Shown here piece by piece: positions 30,201 through 37,764 of a stretch of DNA of 44,382 nt. Made by a program: the position numbers and the translations under genes. The notes below the pieces were generated by a model. The model was not told where the DNA came from, ran no database searches, and saw only the letters and a list, made by a program, of their open reading frames with translations. Origin of the DNA: a virus (lineage: Duplodnaviria; Heunggongvirae; Uroviricota; Caudoviricetes). Position 1 is the stretch's first letter. Each line of letters starts with the position of its first letter. The stretch is from the IMG/VR virus record IMGVR_UViG_3300029846_000001. The stretch is one strand, 5' to 3'.

Positions 30201-33200
30201 TTCTTCGATAAGTACCCTGATGGATTGTATGTAGCCATAGACTGTCCTATAGTATCGTGCCCTTGGATTTTTACCGTCCGACAGATTTATTTCTGTAAGG
30301 TTAAAGACGATGGAGAAGAGGATAACAGTAAGAAACCGTCAAGAGGTTTGGTAGGCACATCTTACGTCCTTGGTAAAACTATATACCCCTATATTTTTGG
30401 TATCAGAGAAAAGGAAATAGAAAGGATAAATGTACGGGCAAAAGAAATATCGTTAAGGGCCACAGTAGAATACTCCAGCCAGTGTACGATATGCGGGGAT
30501 CGCCCCATAAACTGCGCTCCAAGGAAATACAAGTACGGTGATTTCGCTTACTGGGAATCGTCTGAGAAGTATCCTGCTAATTTTGAACTGTATGACAGCA
30601 GCAAGGTTAAGATAAGTGATCATGGTTATGAAGGCAATTCCAAGAAAGCATACGACAATATCGTATCCAAGCTTACTGAATACTACGGTTCCCCTTCTAC
30701 GGATGATAAGGGGATGATGTCTTTTAAAGGTCATAAATATGGTACGGTAGATACCAGTACCGTCTTTTGCCAACAACCTATCCGGCATTATAAGTTCCCG
30801 GACAACGATCATATGCTTTTCATGAACCGGGATGGTAGGTCTTATGATGTTCCTTCTGATATTTATCCTATAGGAATATTAGTAGACGAGGATATGATTA
30901 ACGTCTTCCTTGATTTTGCTGTAGATTCCGGATTGATAACCAAAGAGCAGCGAGATATGGTTACAGGCTATGAGATATATAGAGGTGACAGACGTCTTAA
31001 TCGTTCTGTCATAGCTACTGGAATAGCTTATGACATGTATAAATATTCGGGTCAAAATTCGAATCTTAATCTGTATCCTAATTATCCGTATAATGATTTA
31101 TCGGATGACTCTTTTAATTACGCAACTGAAAAAAGGGTATCGTTTATAACCCACCCATTTTTCAGAAGAGGAAACGTGTGGTATGCATTTAGTTCTCCTG
31201 ATATTTATTTCAATAAGCCTGAAACCCCTACGGAGGTGGCTATAGAAGGTTTTATAAGGGGAATGTCTGTAGGAAACTTTGATGAGGTTGAAGATCATCC
31301 CAAATGGACGATATTAGGGAAACAATCATATAAGATGGCGGCTACGTTGGCTAACATCGAATCTACGGCCACCATAGCTTCTCAGATAGCGGAAGAGCTT
31401 ATGAACCGTTCTACGTCTGCGTATGTAGGTGTGATAGGTAATATCAATATGGCAATGATATTTGCTTCAATGATTGCCACCATATCTGATACGCTTGCTA
31501 AAAGACCGGTATTGTATGGTAAGTATAGATATGATTGGCTCACGACATTCATAAACAATGGCCCAAGAAGAAACCATGCTTTTTATTACACGTCTGTAGG
31601 TTACTACAATAGCATGATGGGCTTCGATGATACGGCTCCATACGAACAAAACAGATTAAGGGGATTGGCTAACACCAAGAGTCTTAAATCAGGCATGTAC
31701 CCCATATCCGACCCATCTACGACATCATCTTGGGTTACTGGAGAAGATGTGGGTGATGATAACCAAAACGCTTCAAAAGATTTCTTGTTTATAAATAACA
31801 TAGATAGAGAATCCTCCATGTTCTTGTCTTTTGGAGATCCGGGAGAAAAGGATCCTGATACAAGCATCTTAAATTCAAAGTATCTTGTATCGTATCCTAT
31901 GCAAGCCCAGGTATATGATACAAGTCGTATCCATGACCCTGTTATCATAGTTTCTGATGCTGGATCTAAAGAATCTTTTGAAAGGACGAAGATGCTGTCT
32001 TATATCTGTTCTCCGTATATGAAGCTTATGCGGTACAGACCCGATCAGTATGGAGCTATAGAAGACATAAAATGGATATCAGTAGGAGGATGTGGATTCT
32101 TCCAAGGAGGGAAACAACCGCTGTTTGGCGGTGACACCTACATATCGAGGTTTTCCATGAAACGGAAATTCCCATTTTTTTATAATACTGCTTTTGGTAT
32201 AGGGGATATGATACCATTTGCTTACAATGATTACCGAAATGTCGGATTTCCCAAGTATTTCGTTAATTACGATACTGGAGAAGATATGCTTGAGCATACT
32301 GACAACGAACGTTTTAATAGCTGGACATCATCAAGCAAAGGAACGTATTCTTTTTATCCAAATAGAAAAAGTTTGTATAATTTAAATGGTGAGAACGAGG
32401 CTAAGAAATATGTGGATGGTAGATTTTATCTGTGGTCTTATGGTATCCCTCAATTCCTTGTAGAATCGGAAATAAATTGCAATTTCCGATTAGAAGGAGT
32501 AGAGCCCCATGAATGGTTTTATCCGGCTCATGGTGATTTTGCTTGGTGGACACAAGAAAAGAACGTATCTATCCATAGGGACAATGATTACAAGATAAGT
32601 CCTATCTACTCATCAAGAATGACATTAACACCTAATGTATTGCCGGCAACATACGAACGTCGTTTTTATGATTGTGCTTACCAGCGACCTAATGGTGTTA
32701 TATGGAGTAGGGCTGACGTATCTGAAAACAGTCAAACAGATCCGTGGCTGACGTATAAGCCTATGGACTATCATGAGTTCCCAACCAACAACGGGAAGCT
32801 TATTCACATGAAGCGTATTGAATCCGATCAGATTCTTGTTAGGTTCGAGGATCAGGTTTCACTCCATAACGCCATAGACGTAATCAAGGAGCGCACCTCC
32901 CCAGGGCAGGCCGAGATGGGCACCGGCGGTCTGTTCGCGTCCCGGCCTCTGGAGTACAACACGACCGACCTTGGTTATTCTGGAACCCAGAGCACTGAAA
33001 TAATTAGTTCAGAATTTGGTCACTTCTGGGTAGATACTAAAAGAGCACAGGTGTTTATGACCGATCCTAATGGACGTAATCTTAAGGAACTTAGTGTAGG
33101 TATCAGACATTGGCTTAAGCGTCATCTTCCGTTTAAGATTCTTAGATACGGAATAACTAATATCTTAACCGGTACAGAGATGACAGAAGAAGATACAGAC

Positions 33201-34106
33201 AATAAATTTATCGGTCTTGGTCTGTCTCTTGGATGGGATAATAGGTATAAGAGAGTACTTATCACGAAAAAAGATTATATACCTGTTAAGAACCCGGCAT
33301 ATTATAAATATGATGGTGGAAGGTTCTTATACAATGAAACAGAGGTGCTGTCAAACGATAAGGAAATATCTTTAAAGGACGAACAATATTTCAAGGACGT
33401 GTCGTTCACTATCGGATATTCGTGTCTGAAACAAGAATGGATTTCTTATTATTCGTTCTGTCCTGACTATTATATAGAACACCAACAATATTTCCAGACA
33501 GGAATAAACTTCCCGGCATCAGACAAAGAAGGTGGTTTATGGAGCCATTTGCTGACGAATAAGAGCTTCCAGACATTCTATGGAGCAACATATCCATTTA
33601 TATTAGAAGTGCCGATAAAAGAGAAATATAATGGCTCTACGCTGGCTTCTGTAGAATACGAGCTTGATGCAAGGAAATACGTCGATGATGTGAATTACAC
33701 TCTTGACAGGAAAGTAGGTTTAGATACGATAACTATCTACAACGACACAAACAACTCAGGCGAAATTCATCTTGTTCCAGAAGAAAAGAATAATTTAGCA
33801 CAACGTATATCATATCCGAAGATCGTAGGTGACCATACTGAGGTCCTGGATACTGAGGTATATAGAAGACATAAGTTAAATGACTTCTTCAACAGGGTTG
33901 ACGATGACCGATCTGAAACACCTATCTGGATCAAGGACGATAACGATATAAATAAGTCAGTTAATCCTGATGCTCTTAATTTCAGACGGTCATGGCTGGA
34001 TAGGTTAAGGGGAAGTTGGATGCTGATGAGGATAAAGAAAGTAATTAGTAACCGGAAAATCATATTCCAGTGGTTGATTTCTGAAGATAAGATTAAGAAT
34101 AGATAA
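27243..34106 (+). CDS. large tail stabilisation (muzzle-like) protein, crAss-type
   Basis: 2287 aa; N-terminal GMNRD......YTFALNANI, FGGDTYISRF and FTIGYS.....WISYYSF.PD motifs recalled from crAss-like stabilisation proteins. Confidence 0.65.
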   Translation: MALEDNRNIAIPQTGMNRDLHPSSLTDQHYTFALNANIESEDGNVGMRSNEHSNLKCIDFDGFKVIGYKNDHTSGNIYFFITNPETGVSKITYFKPESDTSILSDSDIESMVEGSESLCSGMKTLLEDNEQDPCLKFSIYHPIKTIEIKTEKCGKCIYWTDDYNPPRYVIVDKALTPDDEGDIWYHYHGYKICDKEYDRKKFMQENGCFLACEKLRVFPLLKPMCIEPAQIEYGGSLRSGVYQATVAPCDEFGNELGSYSNPTNPVPIFDEQYITQKDGKWGERTNLGIRFVVSNIDRQVEYFKVVIIQNTVGYNGETQPVVDYFVEGIHPVSEKTILYYSDLNNKRTTFEHISLKKPVYNTSRGIVAVGNRLLQYGLTAEKEWNLQPVVSLMGHFLQWQASVAHEDLYKDGNACSLYVGYMRNEVYPFAISFKCSNGYKTPAFVLIPPPYKDAAAEIENKDTDRVYKSINQYAPPCSGQERKFKWQYYNTAGDPKDFDDEETGQEECKNPATIGQTITLQNDFKTYTNVSFTFRSRIIIDEVINYFSSNIKDIACNTATEEPNNAAANEICDIFNSYGDPDDPNTEEQKEVIDGIEAPEFGAECTDAHRQYSLITAPVDRIVGFREEYTYKELEDMEHVSTDYLYTTGGEKQDKYSVLFNWELQEQMIEFMDKYFFADDEDGGHWAGYWSGDDGTKACAVYDSLLQPSVILQSIAEAIYVLDSTPCTCGCFIEEPCLNPTVARSDYNSFQSSSTLLGAYLLMNDVWNDDKGESKVCFPDSNHCLPDWRAGRSSSTIHNKAYRSRIAPGALMRDTWPEIEKKIDDYSYNFLDTGYVPEGDYGDGWTWDSYANLADNNVGALIPENVEGSTMFTSEFLVWRFTKCVLRNARFLHITRPKEWDDPYFPAKDKVLYLESLGKIDGLMDAVSTQYVRLSFWKSLDPRYKGSNRKIDKDDLNFDWEKIMDEGDNYVIVGASRPYFGHIGESFFDKYPDGLYVAIDCPIVSCPWIFTVRQIYFCKVKDDGEEDNSKKPSRGLVGTSYVLGKTIYPYIFGIREKEIERINVRAKEISLRATVEYSSQCTICGDRPINCAPRKYKYGDFAYWESSEKYPANFELYDSSKVKISDHGYEGNSKKAYDNIVSKLTEYYGSPSTDDKGMMSFKGHKYGTVDTSTVFCQQPIRHYKFPDNDHMLFMNRDGRSYDVPSDIYPIGILVDEDMINVFLDFAVDSGLITKEQRDMVTGYEIYRGDRRLNRSVIATGIAYDMYKYSGQNSNLNLYPNYPYNDLSDDSFNYATEKRVSFITHPFFRRGNVWYAFSSPDIYFNKPETPTEVAIEGFIRGMSVGNFDEVEDHPKWTILGKQSYKMAATLANIESTATIASQIAEELMNRSTSAYVGVIGNINMAMIFASMIATISDTLAKRPVLYGKYRYDWLTTFINNGPRRNHAFYYTSVGYYNSMMGFDDTAPYEQNRLRGLANTKSLKSGMYPISDPSTTSSWVTGEDVGDDNQNASKDFLFINNIDRESSMFLSFGDPGEKDPDTSILNSKYLVSYPMQAQVYDTSRIHDPVIIVSDAGSKESFERTKMLSYICSPYMKLMRYRPDQYGAIEDIKWISVGGCGFFQGGKQPLFGGDTYISRFSMKRKFPFFYNTAFGIGDMIPFAYNDYRNVGFPKYFVNYDTGEDMLEHTDNERFNSWTSSSKGTYSFYPNRKSLYNLNGENEAKKYVDGRFYLWSYGIPQFLVESEINCNFRLEGVEPHEWFYPAHGDFAWWTQEKNVSIHRDNDYKISPIYSSRMTLTPNVLPATYERRFYDCAYQRPNGVIWSRADVSENSQTDPWLTYKPMDYHEFPTNNGKLIHMKRIESDQILVRFEDQVSLHNAIDVIKERTSPGQAEMGTGGLFASRPLEYNTTDLGYSGTQSTEIISSEFGHFWVDTKRAQVFMTDPNGRNLKELSVGIRHWLKRHLPFKILRYGITNILTGTEMTEEDTDNKFIGLGLSLGWDNRYKRVLITKKDYIPVKNPAYYKYDGGRFLYNETEVLSNDKEISLKDEQYFKDVSFTIGYSCLKQEWISYYSFCPDYYIEHQQYFQTGINFPASDKEGGLWSHLLTNKSFQTFYGATYPFILEVPIKEKYNGSTLASVEYELDARKYVDDVNYTLDRKVGLDTITIYNDTNNSGEIHLVPEEKNNLAQRISYPKIVGDHTEVLDTEVYRRHKLNDFFNRVDDDRSETPIWIKDDNDINKSVNPDALNFRRSWLDRLRGSWMLMRIKKVISNRKIIFQWLISEDKIKNR

Positions 34107-34145
34107 ATTACAATATTTAACAAGTTGAAAATAAGTAGTTTTTAT

Positions 34146-34176
34146 TTTGTGATTTAATAATAGTTGAATATATTTG
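34146..34176 (+). promoter_or_regulatory. Bacteroidota promoter of KilA-N gene
   Basis: TTTG (34146-34149), 19-nt spacer, TATATTTG (34169-34176). Confidence 0.7.
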
Positions 34177-34242
34177 TAGCGCCTATCGATCCATCGCGGA
34201 CAGGTAGGCGCTTATTTATTAACAATAAAACGGTGTAAAATT

Positions 34243-34995
34243 ATGAAAAGTAACGTATTATTACAATCAGAAAGTAGAGAATTATTAGGTAGAAACATTT
34301 CTGTTATGTCAAAAGATGGTTTTGTGTGTATAACAGAGGTTATGGATGTATTGTCACAGAAAAGAGCGGCTATGGGGTTGGAGCCTAAAAGACTCGACCA
34401 TTTAATGTCTACGTCGTCTTTTCAAGAGAAAATGAATGCATTAATTAAAGAATTGAATATCAATGAATTGTCTTGTACTGTACGATATCATACACTCAAA
34501 GATAATTCATTGAATATAAGTAAATTAACTGATTTGAAGAAATACGGAATGGCATACAGGAGAGGAAAAGGAAAAGATCAAAAATGGTTTGTTAATCCGT
34601 ATTTTTTCGTCATGATAGCCTTAGAGTTAGATCCTGAAATATATGCTAAGGTTATATTATGGCTTACCGACAACTTTATAGAAAATAGAAATATAGCTGG
34701 TGAAGCTTACATTAAGATGTGCAAGTCTGTTTCTTCTTTAATAAAAAACAAAAGCGAATTATCTGATAAGATAAAAATAGTAGCCAAAGCCATAAATTTT
34801 ATTGTTTTCAATAAACATGAAGATGGGATTAGAAATTTTGCAACGAAGAATGAGTTAAATGAAATAATATCAATAGAGAATGCAGTCGGAGCTATAATCG
34901 ATGGGGAGTTTGTTCATTCATTCGAGGAATTAAGAATGTATTTAGGTAAAGAGTGGAAAAAGAGATGGGGTAATCCAATTATGACTCTAAAATAA
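34243..34995 (+). CDS. KilA-N domain DNA-binding protein
   Basis: KDGFVCITEV...RRGKG....WFVNPYFFVMIALELDPEIYAKVI.W pattern. Confidence 0.7.
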   Translation: MKSNVLLQSESRELLGRNISVMSKDGFVCITEVMDVLSQKRAAMGLEPKRLDHLMSTSSFQEKMNALIKELNINELSCTVRYHTLKDNSLNISKLTDLKKYGMAYRRGKGKDQKWFVNPYFFVMIALELDPEIYAKVILWLTDNFIENRNIAGEAYIKMCKSVSSLIKNKSELSDKIKIVAKAINFIVFNKHEDGIRNFATKNELNEIISIENAVGAIIDGEFVHSFEELRMYLGKEWKKRWGNPIMTLK

Positions 34996-35029
34996 TTTAT
35001 CCAAATTAATACATTTTAAATCATTTTAA

Positions 35030-35060
35030 TTTGTAAATCATATTTTAGTGTCTATATTTG
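35030..35060 (+). promoter_or_regulatory. Bacteroidota promoter of Y-RNA/Ro60 cassette
   Basis: TTTG (35030-35033), 19-nt spacer, TATATTTG (35053-35060). Confidence 0.75.
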
Positions 35061-35090
35061 CATCGTAATCAAGAGAGATTATAATATAAG

Positions 35091-35218
35091 ACAGTGGTGA
35101 TGGAAGGTGATACTTCGGTTTGTGTCACAGGTTCGAGTCCTGTATTTTTCATGCAAGAAAGATTAGATCAGTTGGTAGATTAAAACCTCCTTTCAAACAC
35201 CTTCCAAATTATCCCTGT
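35091..35218 (+). ncRNA. Y RNA, YrlA-type permuted tRNA mimic
   Basis: ACAG/CTGT and TGGAAGGTG/CACCTTCCA closing stems; inside, T arm ACAGG-TTCGAGT-CCTGT, then loop-closed acceptor-like stem, then D arm GATC-AGTTGGTA-GATT; upstream of Ro60. Confidence 0.82.
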
Positions 35219-35231
35219 TTTAACAACATAT

Positions 35232-35358
35232 ACAGATGGTGAGGAGTTCGGTTACTTCGAAAATTAGTGTAGTGGATAACACGGCTTTAGGTAAAAAAGT
35301 TTTTCATTGGTTCGAATCCAATATTTTCATTTTAGATCCGGCTCCGCTTTTCCTCTGT
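35232..35358 (+). ncRNA. Y-RNA-like ncRNA carrying a cloverleaf with GTA anticodon-like loop
   Basis: ACAGA/TCTGT and GGAGTTCGG/CCGGCTCC stems; GAAAAT/ATTTTC acceptor-like stem, D arm, GCTTT-AGGTAAA-AAAGT, ATTGG-TTCGAAT-CCAAT. Confidence 0.75.
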
Positions 35359-35376
35359 TTGAAATATATAAAAACT

Positions 35377-35506
35377 AATGAGTGGTGATGGGGTTAGTTA
35401 CTTCGAATTTAGCTCAGATGGATAGAGCGATACTCTTTTAAAGTATAGGTCGATGGTTCAAATCCATTATTTCATTGTTTATACTAACTTCAGCTTTTCC
35501 CTCATT
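35377..35506 (+). ncRNA. Y-RNA-like ncRNA carrying a tRNA-Lys(TTT)-like cloverleaf
   Basis: AATGAG/CTCATT and TGGGGTTAGT/ACTAACTTCA stems; TAGCTCAGATGGATAGAGC D arm, ATACT-CTTTTAA-AGTAT, GATGG-TTCAAAT-CCATT; short acceptor, no CCA. Confidence 0.78.
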
Positions 35507-35533
35507 GAGTATTCATTTTGATATATTTTTTTC

Positions 35534-35565
35534 AAGCAGTGGTAGTAATATCACTGCTTTTTTTT
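35534..35565 (+). terminator. intrinsic terminator between ncRNA array and Ro60
   Basis: AAGCAGTGGTA-GTAA-TATCACTGCTT followed by T run. Confidence 0.8.
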
Positions 35566-35591
35566 GTATAACACTTTAAAGAAAACAACAA

Positions 35592-37226
35592 ATGGGAAAG
35601 TTTAACAAAAAGGATGAAGGTGTTAAGCCTACGATCGTGAATCACATGGGAGAGAAGGCGTATAAGCCTAACGCAGAAGAAGAGTTGGTATCTACGGTAA
35701 TGACTACCATGTTATCTGATTCTTATTATGAGAAAGAAAAAGATAAAGTAGAAAGAATTAAGAACCTTATGGATCAGGTGGATCCGTATTTTGCAGCACA
35801 AACAGCATTGTATGTTAGGAAAGAAGGAAAGCTTAGGTCAGTAACGCATCTTATGGCTTCTGTCATTGCCAGCAAAGCATCGGGTAAGGAATGGGCTTCA
35901 AGGTTCTATAACAAGATCATTATGCGTCCTGATGATATGAGTGAAATTCTTGGCTGCTATGCGGCTCTTAACGACAAAAATCCAAAGAAGTTAAGAGGTA
36001 TATCCAGTGCTATTAAGAAAGGATTTAAGACGGCTTTGGAAGGTCTTGATCCGTACCGGATTGATAAGTATAAGATGGACAGTAGGGTCATTACTATGGT
36101 TGACTTAGTAAACTTATTTCACCCTAAAGGCAATCAGGCTAATAAAATGGCTTTCCAGTACCTTATAGAAGGTCGGTCTTTGTCTGGATTATACGAAAGC
36201 AAGATTCTTGAAAAAGAGATGTCTAAAGCCGGACAGGATAAGAAAGACAATAAGGAAAAGAAAGAAGCTTTAGGTGACGCTATTCGGGACGTGGTTTCTA
36301 ATGTAAAAGGCATGCCTATTTTTAATATGGTTCGTAACCTTGTAAACATAATCAAATACGCGCCTGATCAAATAGATGAAGTTTGTAGGCAGCTTACAAT
36401 AGAAGAGAAGGTACTTAATTCGAAGATGCTTCCTTTCCGTTTTGCTTCAGCTTTCAAAGAGGTTGAAAATATGGGCACTGATGGTTCCGATAATGATATT
36501 GTATTTGAGTCGGATAAAAAACGAGCTAAATTAACAGCGCGTAATAAATATAAGATTTTAGATGCGTTGGAGAAAGCCATAACCATCTCCTGCAAGAACT
36601 TGCCGGTATTGGAGGGGCGGTCGGCTATCCTGATTGACCACTCTGGCTCTGTACGTGGAGATATGGGAGGGTCTTCTGAAGTGTCTGCCTTTAGCAAAAC
36701 AAATACGGCTGTCATTGGTAACTTGTTTGGCTGTATGATTGCTTCTGTGCTTCCTGACGTATTTATTGGTATGTTTGGTGACAAACTTATCAATTACGAA
36801 TATGATAGAAGCAGAGGTGTTTTGTGGAACAACAAAAAATCTTTTACTGCCGGAGGAGAATGCGGTGGTGCTACCGAAAACGGTCTTTTTGCATTCTTGG
36901 AAAAGTGCGTTAAAGATAAGATCAAAGTAGATAACTTGTACGTTATTTCAGATATGCAGATAGGAGATGGCGAATCTATTGTATGGGAGAAAAGTTCCAA
37001 TTATGAATATGGTAAATTCGCCGAACTTTTGAAAGGATTCAAGAAAGTGAATCCAAATTGCAAGATCGTTTCTATTTCTATTCAAGGATATGGAAGTGAG
37101 ATGTTTTACAGAGGATCTAATATCTTGAACATAGCTGGCTGGTCAGAATCTATCTTCGATGTTATTAACAGCAAGTTCTGCGGATATAAGAATATGATTG
37201 AAGAAATTAAGAAAATAAAAATATAA
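35592..37226 (+). CDS. rsr: Ro60-related TROVE domain RNA-binding protein with C-terminal vWA domain
   Basis: 544 aa; N..G..AY, LYVRKEGKLRSV, RPDDM, MVRNL.NI, LPFRF..A, vWA DHSGS, VISDMQ, IAGWSE. Confidence 0.93.
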   Translation: MGKFNKKDEGVKPTIVNHMGEKAYKPNAEEELVSTVMTTMLSDSYYEKEKDKVERIKNLMDQVDPYFAAQTALYVRKEGKLRSVTHLMASVIASKASGKEWASRFYNKIIMRPDDMSEILGCYAALNDKNPKKLRGISSAIKKGFKTALEGLDPYRIDKYKMDSRVITMVDLVNLFHPKGNQANKMAFQYLIEGRSLSGLYESKILEKEMSKAGQDKKDNKEKKEALGDAIRDVVSNVKGMPIFNMVRNLVNIIKYAPDQIDEVCRQLTIEEKVLNSKMLPFRFASAFKEVENMGTDGSDNDIVFESDKKRAKLTARNKYKILDALEKAITISCKNLPVLEGRSAILIDHSGSVRGDMGGSSEVSAFSKTNTAVIGNLFGCMIASVLPDVFIGMFGDKLINYEYDRSRGVLWNNKKSFTAGGECGGATENGLFAFLEKCVKDKIKVDNLYVISDMQIGDGESIVWEKSSNYEYGKFAELLKGFKKVNPNCKIVSISIQGYGSEMFYRGSNILNIAGWSESIFDVINSKFCGYKNMIEEIKKIKI

Positions 37227-37285
37227 TCATTGATTTTGCTTCAATTGTAATTTCCATAGTAAACAAGTTTTAGCTTTAAAGGTAT

Positions 37286-37322
37286 AGCCGAAGAAGTACG
37301 TGAGTATATCTTCGGCTTTTTT
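37286..37322 (+). terminator. intrinsic terminator
   Basis: AGCCGAAGA / TCTTCGGCT followed by T run. Confidence 0.75.
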
Positions 37323-37350
37323 ATTTACTTTTGTTGAAAAACAGTTTGTT

Positions 37351-37764
37351 ATGAAACAAGTATTATATAAAAATGATATATACCCCTATAATGTAAGGGT
37401 ATTGCTTGGAGCAGATGAAGAGTATATAGTTAAGACGTTCGCCAACCTGGAAGTAGAAGATCAGAGCTGGGAGGGGTGGACTGATGATTATGGTGGCAGA
37501 ACTATTTTCGTAGGAAACCGAACCAATCACAGGAAAGAAATATGTTTCTTATTTCATTCACTATCTGATATGGATGTTAGAACCATAGGACACGAATGCC
37601 TGCACGGTCTTTCTATTTATTGTAAGTATCTTAATATGGATTACGGTTTTGAAGTCGGAGGAGATGAGCATGCCGCCTGTCTGATGGGATGGTTAGTTGA
37701 TAAGGTTTGTGGTGCTTACCACAAATTTAAGAAGGAGGAAGAAAAAAATGGCAAAGAAGACTAA
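37351..37764 (+). CDS. hypothetical protein with HExxH motif
   Basis: TIGHECLH...DEHAA; ATG 37351 chosen. Confidence 0.65.
   Translation: MKQVLYKNDIYPYNVRVLLGADEEYIVKTFANLEVEDQSWEGWTDDYGGRTIFVGNRTNHRKEICFLFHSLSDMDVRTIGHECLHGLSIYCKYLNMDYGFEVGGDEHAACLMGWLVDKVCGAYHKFKKEEEKNGKED

Noticed and set aside
35259..35473. Calling units 2 and 3 ordinary tRNA-Tyr and tRNA-Lys genes
   Set aside because: Acceptor stems are only 5-6 bp, there is no CCA, unit 2 has a non-canonical anticodon loop, and both are embedded in the scaffold shared with the YrlA-type unit
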